This document shows positions 9,360 to 21,017 of a stretch of 40,933 nt of DNA, in pieces. The notes under the pieces were generated by a model. That model worked only from the letters and a program-made list of their open reading frames with translations. It had not been told where the DNA came from and did not search any database. Origin of the DNA: an uncultured Eubacteriales bacterium (GTDB lineage Bacteria > Bacillota > Clostridia > Peptostreptococcales > JAAYPU01); contig CAZKKX010000003.1 of NCBI GenBank assembly GCA_964553505.1, forward strand, positions 1-40,933, given 5' to 3'. Made by a program: the position numbers and the translations under genes. Each line of letters starts with the position of its first letter. The first letter of the stretch is position 1.

Positions 9360-9450
9360 TTAAGAATTAAGAATTAAGATGAATGACGAGATTTTGCTTA
9401 TCAGCAAAATCATCCACCAATCTTAAATCTTAAATCATAAATCTTAAATC
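9360..9450. repeat. Heptamer-arm element, copy 2: (TTAAGAW)x3 - GATTTTGCT-tatc-AGCAAAATC - (TCWTAAA)x4
   Basis: Perfect 9-bp core stem 9390-9398/9403-9411; the left and right 7-mer arms are near reverse complements. Confidence 0.85.
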
Positions 9451-9473
9451 AAATCATTTAAGGAGGTGGAAAT

Positions 9474-9899
9474 ATGGCAAAAAAAGCTGACGGTTTTATA
9501 AAATTGCAGATACCGGCAGGGAATGCAACTCCTGCGCCACCGGTAGGACCTGCTTTAGGGCAGAAGGGTATCAATATCATGGAATTTTGTAAACAATTTA
9601 ACGCTAAAACGGCGGATCAATCGGGAATGATTATTCCGGTTGTAATAACAGTATATCAAGATAGATCTTTTACTTTTATTACAAAGACACCACCGGCAGC
9701 GGTTCTATTGAAAAAAGCCGCAAAATTAAAAAGTGGTTCAGGAGTACCCAATAAAAACAAAGTAGCAACTATTACCTTAGATCAGGTAAAAGAAATTGCA
9801 CAAATTAAGATGCCCGACTTAAATGCGGCTAATTTAGACAGTGCCGTTAATATGATTAAAGGAACTGCAAGGAGTATGGGTATTGTTGTTAATGAGTAA
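9474..9899 (+). CDS. rplK: 50S ribosomal protein L11
   Basis: [30 protein letters not shown]. Confidence 0.98.
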   Translation: MAKKADGFIKLQIPAGNATPAPPVGPALGQKGINIMEFCKQFNAKTADQSGMIIPVVITVYQDRSFTFITKTPPAAVLLKKAAKLKSGSGVPNKNKVATITLDQVKEIAQIKMPDLNAANLDSAVNMIKGTARSMGIVVNE

Positions 9900-9907
9900 G
9901 TAAACAA

Positions 9908-9935
9908 GTGGGAGGCAAAATACCGTTAGTACCAC
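9908..9935 (+). promoter_or_regulatory. Putative L1-binding autoregulatory mRNA site upstream of rplA
   Basis: GTGGGAGG...CCG...ACCAC hairpin with an asymmetric internal loop, abutting the rplA SD; matches the recalled Firmicutes L1 leader pattern. Confidence 0.65.
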
Positions 9936-9953
9936 AAGGAGGTAATAAATAAA

Positions 9954-10652
9954 ATGACTACAAGAGGAAAGAATTATAAAGATAGTGCAAAATTAATCGA
10001 CAGAACAAATCTTTATGAAGCAAGAGAAGCGGTTGAACTTATCTTACAAACAGCTAAAGCGAAGTTTGACGAAACGATAGAAGCACACATAAAGCTTGGA
10101 GTAGATTCAAGACATGCGGATCAGCAAGTAAGAGGCGCAATTGTGCTTCCTCATGGAACCGGCAAATCAAAAAAAGTACTTGTATTTGCTAAGGGAGATA
10201 AAGAAAAGGAAGCCCTGGATGCAGGTGCAGATTATGTAGGAGCAGATGATTTAGCAAGCAAAATTCAGAAAGAAAATTGGTTTGACTTTGATGTAGTAGT
10301 AGCGACTCCGGACATGATGAGTGTGGCTGGAAAGCTAGGTAGAATATTAGGACCCAAAGGACTTATGCCGAATCCAAAATCCGGTACAGTTACTTTTGAA
10401 GTTGAAAAAGCAATTAAAGAAATTAAAGCAGGTAAAGTCGAATACAGATTAGATAAAACAAATATTATTCATGTACCCATAGGAAAAGCTTCTTTTGGAG
10501 CTGATAAAATTACAGATAATTTTACGGCTTTAATGGATGCCATTATAAAAGCCAGACCTGCGGCAGCCAAAGGTCAGTACTTAAAAAGTGTAGCAATATC
10601 CAGTACAATGGGACCTGGCGTTAAAATAAATCCGCTGAAGGTTATACCATAA
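9954..10652 (+). CDS. rplA: 50S ribosomal protein L1
   Basis: [36 protein letters not shown]. Confidence 0.98.
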   Translation: MTTRGKNYKDSAKLIDRTNLYEAREAVELILQTAKAKFDETIEAHIKLGVDSRHADQQVRGAIVLPHGTGKSKKVLVFAKGDKEKEALDAGADYVGADDLASKIQKENWFDFDVVVATPDMMSVAGKLGRILGPKGLMPNPKSGTVTFEVEKAIKEIKAGKVEYRLDKTNIIHVPIGKASFGADKITDNFTALMDAIIKARPAAAKGQYLKSVAISSTMGPGVKINPLKVIP

Positions 10653-10670
10653 AGTTAAATAGAATATAAA

Positions 10671-10763
10671 ACCGTAGACAGCAGGGACATATACTGTTTA
10701 ATTATCCTGCCGAGGTACTATATAAACATAGGCCTTTCTCTGTCTGCGGTGGAGAAGGCTTTA
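10671..10763 (+). promoter_or_regulatory. L10 leader (L10/L12 autoregulatory attenuator)
   Basis: ACCGTAGACAGCAGG...TTAA...CCTGCCGAGG...TGTCTGCGGT pairing, competing with a terminator-like GCCTTTCTC/GGAGAAGGC-TTT hairpin before rplJ; resembles Rfam L10_leader. Confidence 0.8.
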
Positions 10764-10818
10764 TTGATTTTTGAAAAAATAATATCATGAAAATCATGAA
10801 AACAGAGGAGGTGGAAGA

Positions 10819-11466
10819 ATGTCTGCAAACCTGGAAGCAAAAAAAGAGGTTGTTGAGGAAATAAAAAGCAAACTTCAGAATGCACAATCTGCTGTGGTTG
10901 TAGATTATCGCGGACTTTCGGTTGAAGAGGTCAACACATTAAGGAAACTTATGAGAGAAGCGAATGTAGAATACAAGATATATAAAAATACACTCATGAA
11001 TTTAGCTATAAAAGGATCTGACTTTGAGAAGTTGACCCAAGTATTGGAAGGACCCAGTGCATTTGCGTTCGGATATGATGATGCAGTTGCTCCGGCAAGA
11101 GTTCTGAACGGTTTTATGAAGAAAACAAAGAAGATGGAATTCAAAGCGGGAGTTGTTGAAGGAAAATTTTTTGATGTAGAAGGAATAAAGGCAATAGCCG
11201 GACTTCCGTCAAGGGAAGAACTTATCGGAAAATTCCTCGGAAGCATTAAATCTCCTGTTTCAAGCTTTGCTTATTTGCTTAAGGCAATTATTGATAATCC
11301 GGATTGTTTAGCCAATTCAAAGGAAGAAGAATCTAAAGCAGAAGATAAACTTGAAGATAGTTCAGATGCGACAGCCGAAAAGGATAAGACTGAAGAGAAG
11401 GATCAATCAAAAGAGAAGACAGAAGATAATACTGAAGAAAACAAAGAAACGGAAAATAATAATTAG
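10819..11466 (+). CDS. rplJ: 50S ribosomal protein L10 with a long charged C-terminal extension
   Basis: VDYRGLSV, KNTL, LPSREEL core followed by about 55 extra E/D/K/N-rich residues. Confidence 0.95.
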   Translation: MSANLEAKKEVVEEIKSKLQNAQSAVVVDYRGLSVEEVNTLRKLMREANVEYKIYKNTLMNLAIKGSDFEKLTQVLEGPSAFAFGYDDAVAPARVLNGFMKKTKKMEFKAGVVEGKFFDVEGIKAIAGLPSREELIGKFLGSIKSPVSSFAYLLKAIIDNPDCLANSKEEESKAEDKLEDSSDATAEKDKTEEKDQSKEKTEDNTEENKETENNN

Positions 11467-11487
11467 AGAAATATGGAGGTGTTTTAA

Positions 11488-11853
11488 ATGACAAAGGAAC
11501 AAATTATTGAAGCAATAAAAGGCATGACGGTATTAGAATTGAATGAGCTGGTAGAGGCTTGTGAAGAAGAATTTGGGGTTTCTGCCGCAGCACCGGTAGC
11601 TGCTGCAGGCGCTGCAGTTGCTGAAGATGCAGCCGAAGAGAAAAGTGAATTTGATGTAGTGCTTAATGAAGCAGGTTCACAGAAAATTAAAGTAATCAAA
11701 GTTGTCAGAGAGATTACCGGGCTTGGATTAAAAGAAGCGAAAGATTTAGTAGATAATGCACCTGGCAAGGTAAAAGAAGGCGTTTCTAAAGAAGAGGCGA
11801 CTGAATTGAAGAACAAACTTGAAGAAGTCGGTGCTTCTGTAGAAGTAAAATAG
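11488..11853 (+). CDS. rplL: 50S ribosomal protein L7/L12
   Basis: EEFGVSAAA hinge, [20 protein letters not shown]. Confidence 0.98.
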   Translation: MTKEQIIEAIKGMTVLELNELVEACEEEFGVSAAAPVAAAGAAVAEDAAEEKSEFDVVLNEAGSQKIKVIKVVREITGLGLKEAKDLVDNAPGKVKEGVSKEEATELKNKLEEVGASVEVK

Positions 11854-11868
11854 TTTATCACATAAACT

Positions 11869-11902
11869 GCCGAGTCAATAATATTGACCCGGCTTTTATT
11901 TT
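11869..11902 (+). terminator. Intrinsic terminator after rplL
   Basis: GCCGAGTCAATA/TATTGACCCGGC stem then TTTTATTTT. Confidence 0.8.
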
Positions 11903-11927
11903 ATTAACAAAACGATAAACTTTTTTA

Positions 11928-11956
11928 TTGACACAATTAATCACTTGTGATAATAT
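11928..11956 (+). promoter_or_regulatory. SigA-type promoter for rpoBC
   Basis: TTGACA(11928-11933)-17 nt-TAATAT with extended TGn. Confidence 0.65.
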
Positions 11957-12101
11957 GTTAAATTGCCATACACGTATATAAAACCAAAATAGTATGAAAA
12001 ATACAAAAAATGTTAATAGTATTAATACAATCAAAATCTTTTATAAAGAATCAATCATTTAAGGTTTATTCAGTAACATTTTTCTGCAAGGAGTGAAGAG
12101 C

Positions 12102-15100
12102 ATGCCCCACCCTATCAAAACAGGCAAAAAGGTTAGAATGAGCTATTCCAAGATTAATGAAGTAGCACCTATGCCAAGTCTTATTCAAATTCAACGAGAT
12201 TCCTACGAGTGGTTTCTGGAAGAAGGTCTCAGAGAAGTTTTTGAAGATATTTCCCCAATTAAGGACTATGCCGGAAATCTTATCCTGGAATTTATTGACT
12301 ACTCTATTGATGAAAATCCCAAATATGATGTGGAAGAGTGCAAAGAAAGAGACGTTACATACGCGGCCCCTTTAAAGGTGAAAGTTCGGTTGATCAATAA
12401 AGAAACCGGCGAAGTTAAAGAACAGGAAGTGTTTATGGGAGATTTCCCTCTTATGACGGAAAAAGGCACTTTTATATATAATGGTGCCGAGAGGGTTATT
12501 GTAACACAACTGGTACGCTCTCCGGGTCCCTATTATAATATGGAAATTGATAAATCGGGGAAAAGACTTTTTTCGACTACAATTATTCCAAATAGAGGAG
12601 CATGGCTGGAATACGAAACGGATTCAAATGAAGTTGTTTCAGTCAGAGTGGATCGGACAAGAAAGCAGCCTGTTACAGCTTTGCTAAGGGCATTAGGATT
12701 TGGTACGGATTTAGAAATAATTCAACTCTTGGGAGAAGATGAGAGACTTTTAAGAACTTTGGAAAAAGATCATACAAATAACGTAGATGAAGGGCTTTTG
12801 GAAATTTATAAAAAATTAAGGCCTGGAGAACCCCCTACTGTAGATAGTGCAAAATCGCTTTTGGATTCATTGTTTTTTGACCCTAAAAGATATGACTTAG
12901 CAAAAGTCGGTCGATATAAATATAACAAAAAATTAGGCTTGACAAATAGGTTGATTGGATGCAAAGCGGCAGAAGATGTAGTTAACCCTGAGACAGGTGA
13001 AATCCTGGCAAAAAAAGAAGAAAAATTAACAAGATCCAAAGCGATTGAAATCGAAAACTCGGGGGTCAAGTCTGTTCATGTATTTGATGAAGAGGGTAAA
13101 ATTGTTAAAGTTATAGGAAATAACTTTGTAAATATCAAACAATTTATTGATATTAACTTGGATGACATCGGTATACCTGAAAAAGTGTACTATCCGGTGC
13201 TTAAAGAAATATTGGAGAACTTCAAAAATGATAAAGAAATTAAAGAGGCTATAATTTCAAACAGAAGCAAGCTTTTGCCAAAACATATTATTGTTGACGA
13301 TATTATTGCTTCTATCAGCTATATCCTGAATCTCAGCCATGGAATAGGGCATATAGATGACATTGACCATTTAGGAAACAGAAGATTACGAACTGTAGGA
13401 GAATTGCTCCAGAATCAGTTTAGAATTGGCCTTTCCAGAATGGAGCGAGTGGTTAGAGAAAGAATGACTATTCAGGACATGGATATTATTACGCCGCAGG
13501 CGCTTATCAATATTCGACCTGTTACGGCATCTATAAAAGAATTTTTTGGAAGCAGCCAGCTTTCTCAATTTATGGACCAAACCAATCCGTTGGCTGAATT
13601 GACCCACAAAAGAAGACTTTCTGCTTTGGGTCCCGGGGGTCTTTCAAGAGAACGGGCAGGGTTTGAAGTAAGGGATGTTCACCATTCCCATTATGGAAGG
13701 ATGTGCCCTATTGAAACGCCGGAAGGTCCAAACATTGGTCTGATTGGGTCGCTTACTACCTATGGAAAGATAAACGAATATGGGTTTATTGAGTCGCCTT
13801 ATAGACGAGTGAATAAGGAAAAAGGTATCGTCACAGGTGAAATACATTACTTGACGGCAGACGAAGAAGAAACACTGATTATTGCTCAGGCAAACGAACC
13901 GTTAGATGAGGAAGGTCGCTTTATAAATAAAAGAGTTACGGCCAGGGGTTTTGGCGGCGATATAGATGTGGTTCCGAGGGAAGAAGCAGATTATATGGAT
14001 GTTTCTCCTAAGCAGGTTGTATCCGTTGCAACAGCCATGATTCCGTTTTTAGAAAACGATGATGCCAACAGAGCTCTAATGGGATCAAATATGCAAAGAC
14101 AAGCAGTGCCTCTTCTTGTTTCAGAAGCACCTATTGTTGGAACAGGTATGGAATATTTGGCAGCAAAGGATTCAGGCGTTGTTGTTTTAGCTAAGAACGG
14201 TGGAATTGTTGAATATGTAGATGCTAAAAAGATTATTATCAAAAGAGATAGTGATGGAGGTAAGGATCACTATAATCTTTTAAAATTTAAAAGGTCTAAT
14301 CAGGGAACCTGCTTCAATCAAAGACCTATAGTAAATAAGAATGAACATATTGAAACCGGAGAACCTATCGCAGATGGACCTTCTACCGAAAAGGGAGAAA
14401 TTGCATTAGGAAAAAATCTTTTAGTAGGCTTTATGACATGGGAAGGTTATAATTTTGAGGATGCTATCCTTATAAATGAAAGATTAATAATGGACGATGT
14501 GTTGACATCCATTCATATAGAAGAATATGAATCGGAAGCTCGTGATACAAAACTGGGACCTGAAGAAATCACCAGGGACATTCCCAATGTTGGAGAAGAT
14601 GCTCTAAAGGATCTGGACGAAGAAGGTATTATTAGAATAGGTGCGGAAGTTAATTCTTCCGATATACTTGTTGGCAAAGTAACGCCAAAAGGCGAAACGG
14701 AGCTAACTGCAGAAGAAAGACTTTTAAGAGCCATTTTTGGTGAAAAGGCCAGAGAAGTTCGTGATACTTCACTAAGGGTACCTCATGGAGAAACAGGTAT
14801 AATTGTAGATGTGAAAGTATTTTCAAGAGATAACGGAGACGAACTTCCGCCTGGTGTCAATAAGCTGGTACGCTGTTATGTGGCAACTAAAAGGAAAATC
14901 AATGTCGGAGATAAAATGGCAGGTCGCCACGGGAATAAAGGTGTTATATCCAGGATATTACCAGAAGAGGATATGCCTTTTATGGAAGAGGGAACACCTT
15001 TGCAGATTGTGTTAAATCCTCTGGGCGTTCCTTCACGTATGAATATCGGGCAGGTTCTGGAGGCACATTTGGGATTAGCCGCGAAACATAAAAATTGGTA

Positions 15101-15839
15101 TATCTCTACACCTGTATTCGATGGCGCCAACGAATATGATATTATTGAACAACTCAAAGAATGCGGTTATCCTGAAACAGGCAAGCTTCAGCTTCACGAC
15201 GGAAGGACAGGAGAGTTATTCGACAATCCGGTAACTGTCGGATATATGTATATGTTAAAATTGCATCACTTGGTTGACGATAAAATCCATGCGAGAAGTA
15301 CCGGACCGTATTCTCTTGTGACACAACAGCCCCTTGGCGGCAAGGCTCAATTTGGAGGACAGAGATTTGGAGAAATGGAAGTTTGGGCTTTAGAGGCGTA
15401 TGGCTCCGCCTATACGCTTCAGGAGATACTAACGGTCAAATCGGATGATGTAGTAGGTCGTGTCAAGACTTATGAAGCGATCGTTAAGGGTGAGAATATA
15501 CCGGAACCTGGTGTTCCGGAATCCTTCAAAGTTCTCATTAAGGAAATGCAGAGTTTAGCATTGGATGTTAAAGTTCTGACGGAAGAAGACAGAGAAATTG
15601 AAATAAAAGAATCTGTTGAAGATGAATTGAATGAAATTGATTCAATATTAGAGGTAGAAGGTTTTTCATTATATCAGAAGCCTGAAGATTCTTCAGGAAA
15701 TATTGACGAAGACCCGGATGCAGATTTAGATACGGATGAGGAAGATATGGGCTTTATAGAAGAAGAGGTTCTGGATGAGAATCCGGACGATGATGAAAAA
15801 GTCAATGAAAATGATGATATTTCTGATGAGAATGACTAA
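12102..15839 (+). CDS. rpoB: RNA polymerase beta subunit
   Basis: [47 protein letters not shown]; ATG at 12102 fits SD AGGAGTGA; acidic C-terminal tail. Confidence 0.99.
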   Translation: MPHPIKTGKKVRMSYSKINEVAPMPSLIQIQRDSYEWFLEEGLREVFEDISPIKDYAGNLILEFIDYSIDENPKYDVEECKERDVTYAAPLKVKVRLINKETGEVKEQEVFMGDFPLMTEKGTFIYNGAERVIVTQLVRSPGPYYNMEIDKSGKRLFSTTIIPNRGAWLEYETDSNEVVSVRVDRTRKQPVTALLRALGFGTDLEIIQLLGEDERLLRTLEKDHTNNVDEGLLEIYKKLRPGEPPTVDSAKSLLDSLFFDPKRYDLAKVGRYKYNKKLGLTNRLIGCKAAEDVVNPETGEILAKKEEKLTRSKAIEIENSGVKSVHVFDEEGKIVKVIGNNFVNIKQFIDINLDDIGIPEKVYYPVLKEILENFKNDKEIKEAIISNRSKLLPKHIIVDDIIASISYILNLSHGIGHIDDIDHLGNRRLRTVGELLQNQFRIGLSRMERVVRERMTIQDMDIITPQALINIRPVTASIKEFFGSSQLSQFMDQTNPLAELTHKRRLSALGPGGLSRERAGFEVRDVHHSHYGRMCPIETPEGPNIGLIGSLTTYGKINEYGFIESPYRRVNKEKGIVTGEIHYLTADEEETLIIAQANEPLDEEGRFINKRVTARGFGGDIDVVPREEADYMDVSPKQVVSVATAMIPFLENDDANRALMGSNMQRQAVPLLVSEAPIVGTGMEYLAAKDSGVVVLAKNGGIVEYVDAKKIIIKRDSDGGKDHYNLLKFKRSNQGTCFNQRPIVNKNEHIETGEPIADGPSTEKGEIALGKNLLVGFMTWEGYNFEDAILINERLIMDDVLTSIHIEEYESEARDTKLGPEEITRDIPNVGEDALKDLDEEGIIRIGAEVNSSDILVGKVTPKGETELTAEERLLRAIFGEKAREVRDTSLRVPHGETGIIVDVKVFSRDNGDELPPGVNKLVRCYVATKRKINVGDKMAGRHGNKGVISRILPEEDMPFMEEGTPLQIVLNPLGVPSRMNIGQVLEAHLGLAAKHKNWYISTPVFDGANEYDIIEQLKECGYPETGKLQLHDGRTGELFDNPVTVGYMYMLKLHHLVDDKIHARSTGPYSLVTQQPLGGKAQFGGQRFGEMEVWALEAYGSAYTLQEILTVKSDDVVGRVKTYEAIVKGENIPEPGVPESFKVLIKEMQSLALDVKVLTEEDREIEIKESVEDELNEIDSILEVEGFSLYQKPEDSSGNIDEDPDADLDTDEEDMGFIEEEVLDENPDDDEKVNENDDISDEND

Positions 15840-15880
15840 TTAAAATAACCTAAAATACACTATGAAGGGAGAGACAACCC

Positions 15881-18800
15881 TTGTACGAACTCAATAATTT
15901 TGAATCATTAAAAATAGGTCTCGCATCACCGGAAAAGATAAGAAGCTGGTCAAAAGGTGAAGTGAAAAAGCCTGAAACGATTAATTACAGAACATTGAAA
16001 CCTGAAAAAGAAGGATTGTTTTGTGAAAAAATATTTGGACCTACAAAAGACTGGGAATGCCATTGCGGCAAATATAAAAGGATTCGTTATAAAGGTATCA
16101 TATGCGACAGATGCGGCGTGGAAGTTACGAAATCAAAAGTAAGAAGAGAAAGAATGGGACATATAGAACTGGCAGCACCTGTATCCCATATCTGGTATTT
16201 TAAAGGAATACCAAGCAGGATGGGTCTTGTCTTAGATATGTCTCCAAGATCTTTGGAAAAAATTCTATATTTTGCATCCTATGTTGTGACAGATCCAAAA
16301 AATACGCCTCTATCATACAAGCAGCTTCTTTCTGAACAGGAATACAGAGAATACAAGGATAAATATAAAAATGGATTTAAAGCTGTTATGGGTGCGGAAG
16401 CCGTTAAAGAAATTTTAAGCTATATTGATCTTGAAAAACTATCCATAGATTTAAGAAAAAAGCTAAAAGAAAGTACCGGTCAGAAAAAAATCAGAACCGT
16501 AAGGCGCTTGGAAGTCGTAGAAGCTTTAAGACAGTCCGGAAACAGACCGGAATGGATGATTTTAGATGTTATTCCTGTGATTCCGCCGGATTTACGGCCT
16601 ATGGTACAGTTGGACGGAGGCAGATTTGCAACCTCCGATTTAAATGATTTATATAGACGTGTAATCAATAGAAATAATCGTCTTAAAAGACTGTTGGATC
16701 TGGGAGCTCCCGACATTATAGTCAGAAATGAAAAAAGAATGCTTCAGGAAGCAGTAGATGCACTCATTGATAATGGAAGAAGAGGGCGACCTGTAACAGG
16801 TCCCGGAAACAGACCTTTAAAATCCCTTTCGGATATGCTTAAAGGAAAACAGGGTCGATTCAGACAGAACCTGCTTGGTAAGCGTGTGGACTATTCCGGT
16901 CGTTCTGTTATTGTTGTAGGTCCGGAATTAAAATTTTACCAGTGTGGACTACCTAAAAAAATGGCTCTGGAACTTTTTAAGCCGTTTATTATGAAAAGGC
17001 TGGTTGAAAGCGGTCTTTCACACAATATTAAAAGCGCAAAAAGAATGGTAGAAAGAGTCCGAACAGAAGTTTGGGATGTATTGGAAGAAGTTATAAAAGA
17101 ACATCCTGTTCTTCTAAATAGAGCACCTACCCTTCACCGGCTTGGCATTCAGGCTTTTGAACCTGTTTTGGTTGAAGGGAAAGCCATAAAGCTTCATCCT
17201 TTGGTCTGTACGGCATATAATGCCGATTTTGACGGAGACCAGATGGCAGTTCATGTACCGCTTTCAGTTGAAGCTCAAGCCGAAGCCAGATTCTTGATGC
17301 TGTCGGTGAATAATATTCTTGCACCTAAAGACGGGACACCCATTACAACTCCTACACAGGATATGGTGCTGGGAAGTTATTATCTCACAGTTGAAGTAGA
17401 GGGTGCAAAAGGTGAAGGAAAAATATTTAAAGACTTTGATGAAATGCTCATGGCATATAGAACGGGTGCTGTAGGACTGCACGCAAGAGTAAAAGTCAGA
17501 AAACAGCTTCACAAAGAAGACAAAGGAAAACTCGTAGAATCTACTGTTGGAAGATTTATCTTTAATGAAAAAATTCCGCAGGATCTGGGGTTTGTTAACA
17601 GAAATACCGACTCCTATTCACTGGAAGTAGATTTTTTATGCGACAAGAAAAAACTGGGGCTTGTAATAAATAAATGCTTTAACAGATTTGGTAATACCAT
17701 AACTGCTAAGATGCTGGATCATATTAAAGAAATAGGGTTCCATTACTCTACGATAGGTGCGATTACAATAAGTGTTTCTGACATGAGGATTCCTGAAGAA
17801 AAAAGCAGGATTCTATCAGAGGCTAATGAACAGGTAGACAAATATGAAAAGGCATTCAGAAGAGGTCTTATTTCAGATGAAGAAAGATACGAAAAAGTTA
17901 TTGAAACTTGGCAGAAGGCTACTGAAGAAGTGGCAGATGCTTTGATGAATACATTGGGCAGATTGAATAACTTGTACATCATGGCACATTCCGGAGCAAG
18001 AGGAAGTAAAAACCAAATCAGACAAATCGGTGGTATGCGTGGACTGATGGCCAATGCATCAGGTCATACAATTGAAATTCCGATTAAATCTAATTTCCGT
18101 GAAGGACTGTCTGTATTGGAGTATTTTATCTCTACAAACGGAGCACGAAAAGGTCTTGCTGATACGGCACTTAGAACAGCGGACTCAGGATATCTGACAC
18201 GAAGGCTGGTGGACGTAAGCCATAATGTGATTGTAAGAGAAATTGACTGCGGAACTGAAGAAGGCGTTGTTGTAAAAGCTTTCACAGATGGGAAGGAAGT
18301 CATAGAATCTCTTAAAAGCAGAATTGCCGGTAGGTTTGTAAGTGAAAATGTCAAACATCCAAAAACAAATAAAGTTATAGTAAAAACGGGAGAAATGATT
18401 GACGAAGAAATGGCAGAATACATTGAAAAGTCTGGAATAGAAAAGATTAAAATAAGATCTGCCTTAACTTGTAAGACTAAGAATGGTGTTTGTTCATTAT
18501 GCTATGGAAGAAATCTGGCTACAGGTGAAATTGTCAATATTGGCGAATCTGTAGGTATCATCGCAGCTCAATCCATAGGAGAACCCGGGACTCAGTTAAC
18601 TATGCGGACGTTCCATACCGGTGGTGTTGCCGGAAATGATATCACTCAGGGGCTTCCCAGGGTAGAGGAGCTATTTGAAGCCAGAAAACCAAAAGGCTTG
18701 GCGATTATTTCCGAAATAGACGGAACTGTCACCATAAAGGGAACAAAAAGAAATACTGAAATTGTTGTGACAGGAGAAGATGGCACCGAAGCAAAATATA

Positions 18801-19402
18801 ACATACCATATGGTTCAAGGCTAAAAGTTAAAGACGGTGATTTTATCAGTGCGGGAGACGAATTTACACAAGGCTCTATTAACCCACATGATATTTTGAG
18901 GATAAAAGGAATTGAAGGCGTCTATCAATACCTGCTGAAAGAAGTTCAGAGAGTTTATAAACTACAGGGGGTTGATATTAATGATAAACATATTGAAGTT
19001 ATTGTCAGCCAGATGCTTTCAAAGATAAAAGTTGAAGATGCCGGGGATACAGATTTGCTTCCTGGTGGTTTGTATAATATGTATGAATTTGAAGATGCTA
19101 ATAAGCAGACGGAAGCTGAAAGTGGAGAATCTGCGAAGGGTAAAAGAACACTTTTGGGTATTACAAAGGCTTCTTTGGCAACAAACTCATTCCTTTCAGC
19201 CGCATCTTTCCAGGAAACAACACGCGTATTGACAGATGCAGCAATTAAAGGCAAAAACGATCGCTTGGTAGGATTGAAAGAAAATGTAATTATTGGAAAA
19301 TTAATTCCTGCCGGTACCGGAATGAAACGATATAAAAATCTTGCAATTAATCATCCTGAAATGGATGAAGCTGAAGAAATTCAAGAAGAAGAAATTATTT
19401 GA
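15881..19402 (+). CDS. rpoC: RNA polymerase beta' subunit
   Basis: Catalytic [10 protein letters not shown]-terminal Zn finger, SAASFQETT; TTG start. Confidence 0.99.
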   Translation: MYELNNFESLKIGLASPEKIRSWSKGEVKKPETINYRTLKPEKEGLFCEKIFGPTKDWECHCGKYKRIRYKGIICDRCGVEVTKSKVRRERMGHIELAAPVSHIWYFKGIPSRMGLVLDMSPRSLEKILYFASYVVTDPKNTPLSYKQLLSEQEYREYKDKYKNGFKAVMGAEAVKEILSYIDLEKLSIDLRKKLKESTGQKKIRTVRRLEVVEALRQSGNRPEWMILDVIPVIPPDLRPMVQLDGGRFATSDLNDLYRRVINRNNRLKRLLDLGAPDIIVRNEKRMLQEAVDALIDNGRRGRPVTGPGNRPLKSLSDMLKGKQGRFRQNLLGKRVDYSGRSVIVVGPELKFYQCGLPKKMALELFKPFIMKRLVESGLSHNIKSAKRMVERVRTEVWDVLEEVIKEHPVLLNRAPTLHRLGIQAFEPVLVEGKAIKLHPLVCTAYNADFDGDQMAVHVPLSVEAQAEARFLMLSVNNILAPKDGTPITTPTQDMVLGSYYLTVEVEGAKGEGKIFKDFDEMLMAYRTGAVGLHARVKVRKQLHKEDKGKLVESTVGRFIFNEKIPQDLGFVNRNTDSYSLEVDFLCDKKKLGLVINKCFNRFGNTITAKMLDHIKEIGFHYSTIGAITISVSDMRIPEEKSRILSEANEQVDKYEKAFRRGLISDEERYEKVIETWQKATEEVADALMNTLGRLNNLYIMAHSGARGSKNQIRQIGGMRGLMANASGHTIEIPIKSNFREGLSVLEYFISTNGARKGLADTALRTADSGYLTRRLVDVSHNVIVREIDCGTEEGVVVKAFTDGKEVIESLKSRIAGRFVSENVKHPKTNKVIVKTGEMIDEEMAEYIEKSGIEKIKIRSALTCKTKNGVCSLCYGRNLATGEIVNIGESVGIIAAQSIGEPGTQLTMRTFHTGGVAGNDITQGLPRVEELFEARKPKGLAIISEIDGTVTIKGTKRNTEIVVTGEDGTEAKYNIPYGSRLKVKDGDFISAGDEFTQGSINPHDILRIKGIEGVYQYLLKEVQRVYKLQGVDINDKHIEVIVSQMLSKIKVEDAGDTDLLPGGLYNMYEFEDANKQTEAESGESAKGKRTLLGITKASLATNSFLSAASFQETTRVLTDAAIKGKNDRLVGLKENVIIGKLIPAGTGMKRYKNLAINHPEMDEAEEIQEEEII

Positions 19403-19427
19403 CATAGAATTTGACAGGTGATATACT
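19399..19427 (+). promoter_or_regulatory. SigA-type promoter for ybxF-rpsL-rpsG-fusA-tuf
   Basis: TTGACA(19399-19404, overlapping the rpoC stop)-17 nt-TATACT with extended TGn. Confidence 0.8.
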
Positions 19428-19562
19428 GCAAAGGTGTGCTAATAAATATGGTGTTTAAACTGTACAATTTCTTGCACAATTAAAGGGAGATTACACATTT
19501 GGAACAAATGTATAATCATCCCTTATCCTGTTGTAAAGAGATATAAAAAAGGAGGTAGAATA

Positions 19563-19817
19563 ATGCTTTCCGAGTACAGAAAAAAGGGACTATTAGTAGT
19601 AGGTACCAAACAAACATTAAAAGCCATAAATGAAAATAAATTATGCAAGGTATTTATTGCACAGGATGCGGAAAACTATGTGATTCGCAGCATAGAAGAA
19701 GCAGCAAAAAATAAAAAAACTGTCGTTACCCATGTGCCGTCTATGAAGAAATTAGGTAAGGACTGCGGGATAAAAGTGAGTGCCGCCACAGCGGGAATCC
19801 TAAGAGACAAGGTTTAA
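19563..19817 (+). CDS. ybxF: L7Ae-family RNA (K-turn)-binding protein
   Basis: VVGTKQTLKAI, VFIAQDAE, SMKKLGKDCGIKV; canonical position before rpsL. Confidence 0.9.
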   Translation: MLSEYRKKGLLVVGTKQTLKAINENKLCKVFIAQDAENYVIRSIEEAAKNKKTVVTHVPSMKKLGKDCGIKVSAATAGILRDKV

Positions 19818-19913
19818 GAGTTAAGATTTAAGAATTAAGATTGAAGGAAGGTTTTGCTTCACAAAACCAACATTCACTAATCCCTAACCTCTAACCTCTA
19901 ACCTCTAATCTCT
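19814..19913. repeat. Heptamer-arm element, copy 3: (TTAAGAD)x4 - GGTTTTG-cttca-CAAAACC - (CTAAYCY)x5
   Basis: Left arm 19814-19841 (includes the ybxF stop codon), core 19850-19868, right arm 19877-19911. Confidence 0.85.
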
Positions 19914-19977
19914 TTATAATTTGGTTATAGTTCAACTATAATATAGATATATCAAAATAAAGGAGGTGTGCCGAAAG

Positions 19978-20391
19978 ATGCCAACAATCAGCCAATTAGT
20001 CAGAAAAGGAAGAGAAAGAGCAGAATATAAATCTACTGCTCCAGCACTTTTGAAAGGACTTAATTCTCTCAAAAGAGTACAAACTGATATTAGTGCTCCT
20101 CAAAAAAGAGGTGTATGTACTTCCGTAAAGACCGTTACTCCAAAGAAGCCGAACTCAGCTTTGAGAAAGGTTGCCAGAGTACGTCTGACAAATGGGATTG
20201 AAGTGACAGCTTATATTCCGGGGATTGGACATAATCTTCAGGAGCATAGCGTTGTATTAATTCGAGGAGGAAGAGTAAAAGACCTTCCTGGTGTCAGATA
20301 TCACATTGTAAGGGGAACCCTGGATACAGCCGGAGTAGCGCAAAGAAATCAAGCCCGTTCCAAATACGGTGCTAAAAGACCCAAGAAATAA
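19978..20391 (+). CDS. rpsL: 30S ribosomal protein S12
   Basis: [38 protein letters not shown]; ATG at 19978. Confidence 0.99.
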   Translation: MPTISQLVRKGRERAEYKSTAPALLKGLNSLKRVQTDISAPQKRGVCTSVKTVTPKKPNSALRKVARVRLTNGIEVTAYIPGIGHNLQEHSVVLIRGGRVKDLPGVRYHIVRGTLDTAGVAQRNQARSKYGAKRPKK

Positions 20392-20395
20392 TATA

Positions 20396-20470
20396 ATCGG
20401 TAAAGTGCACCTCGTTGAGGATTCATATATATGTATGCACAGCGACAAATATATTTTGTCGAGTACCGAT
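20396..20470 (+). promoter_or_regulatory. Structured rpsL-rpsG intergenic RNA (candidate S7 autoregulatory site)
   Basis: Three nested stems: ATCGGTA/TACCGAT, GTGCA/TGCAC, CGACAAA/TTTGTCG. Confidence 0.55.
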
Positions 20471-20501
20471 GAACAAATTTATGTTTAAGGAGGGAAGCGA
20501 A

Positions 20502-20972
20502 GTGCCTAGAAAAGGAAACATTCCAAAAAGAGAAGTACTTCCGGATCCGGTATATGGAAGTAAAGCAGTAGCAAAACTGATTAATAATATCATGCTTGAC
20601 GGAAAAAAAGGGACAGCACAAAGAATTGTATACAATGCATTTGATACAATAAAGGAAAATACAGGTAATGATCCTTTGGAAATATTTGAAAAAGCAATGA
20701 ACAATATCATGCCTGTTTTGGAAGTAAAAGCAAGACGAGTAGGCGGTGCAAATTATCAGGTTCCCATTGAAGTCAGAGCTGAAAGACGTCAAACTCTTGG
20801 TCTCAGATGGCTCACCAAATACACCAGAGCCAGAGGGGAAAAAACCATGCAGGAAAGGCTTGCTAAAGAAATCATGGATGCTGCTAATAATGCCGGAGCT
20901 TCAGTAAAGAAAAAAGAAGATACACATAAAATGGCTGAAGCAAATAAAGCTTTCGCCCATTACAGATGGTAA
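20502..20972 (+). CDS. rpsG: 30S ribosomal protein S7
   Basis: GTG start giving MPRKG after SD AAGGAGG; [24 protein letters not shown]. Confidence 0.98.
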   Translation: MPRKGNIPKREVLPDPVYGSKAVAKLINNIMLDGKKGTAQRIVYNAFDTIKENTGNDPLEIFEKAMNNIMPVLEVKARRVGGANYQVPIEVRAERRQTLGLRWLTKYTRARGEKTMQERLAKEIMDAANNAGASVKKKEDTHKMAEANKAFAHYRW

Positions 20973-21017
20973 CGAATATTATATATACTAATTATTATAG
21001 GAAAGGAGGGATTTATT

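Noticed and set aside
13540-13640. Possible resistance alleles in the rpoB rifampicin cluster (and rpsL TPKKPNS)
   Set aside because: Residues read as the usual sensitive-type consensus ([21 protein letters not shown]).
15640-15839. Acidic RpoB C-terminal tail, and basic S3 tail at 28800-28925
   Set aside because: Variable charged tails on these proteins are common in clostridia, so they are not distinctive.
20415-20501. N-terminal extensions called by the ORF track for rpsG, and similarly for rpsJ (24481), rpmC (29240), the KOW gene (36725) and sigH (5861)
   Set aside because: Downstream starts have well-spaced SDs and give family-typical N-termini; most extensions run through structured non-coding RNA or the upstream gene.
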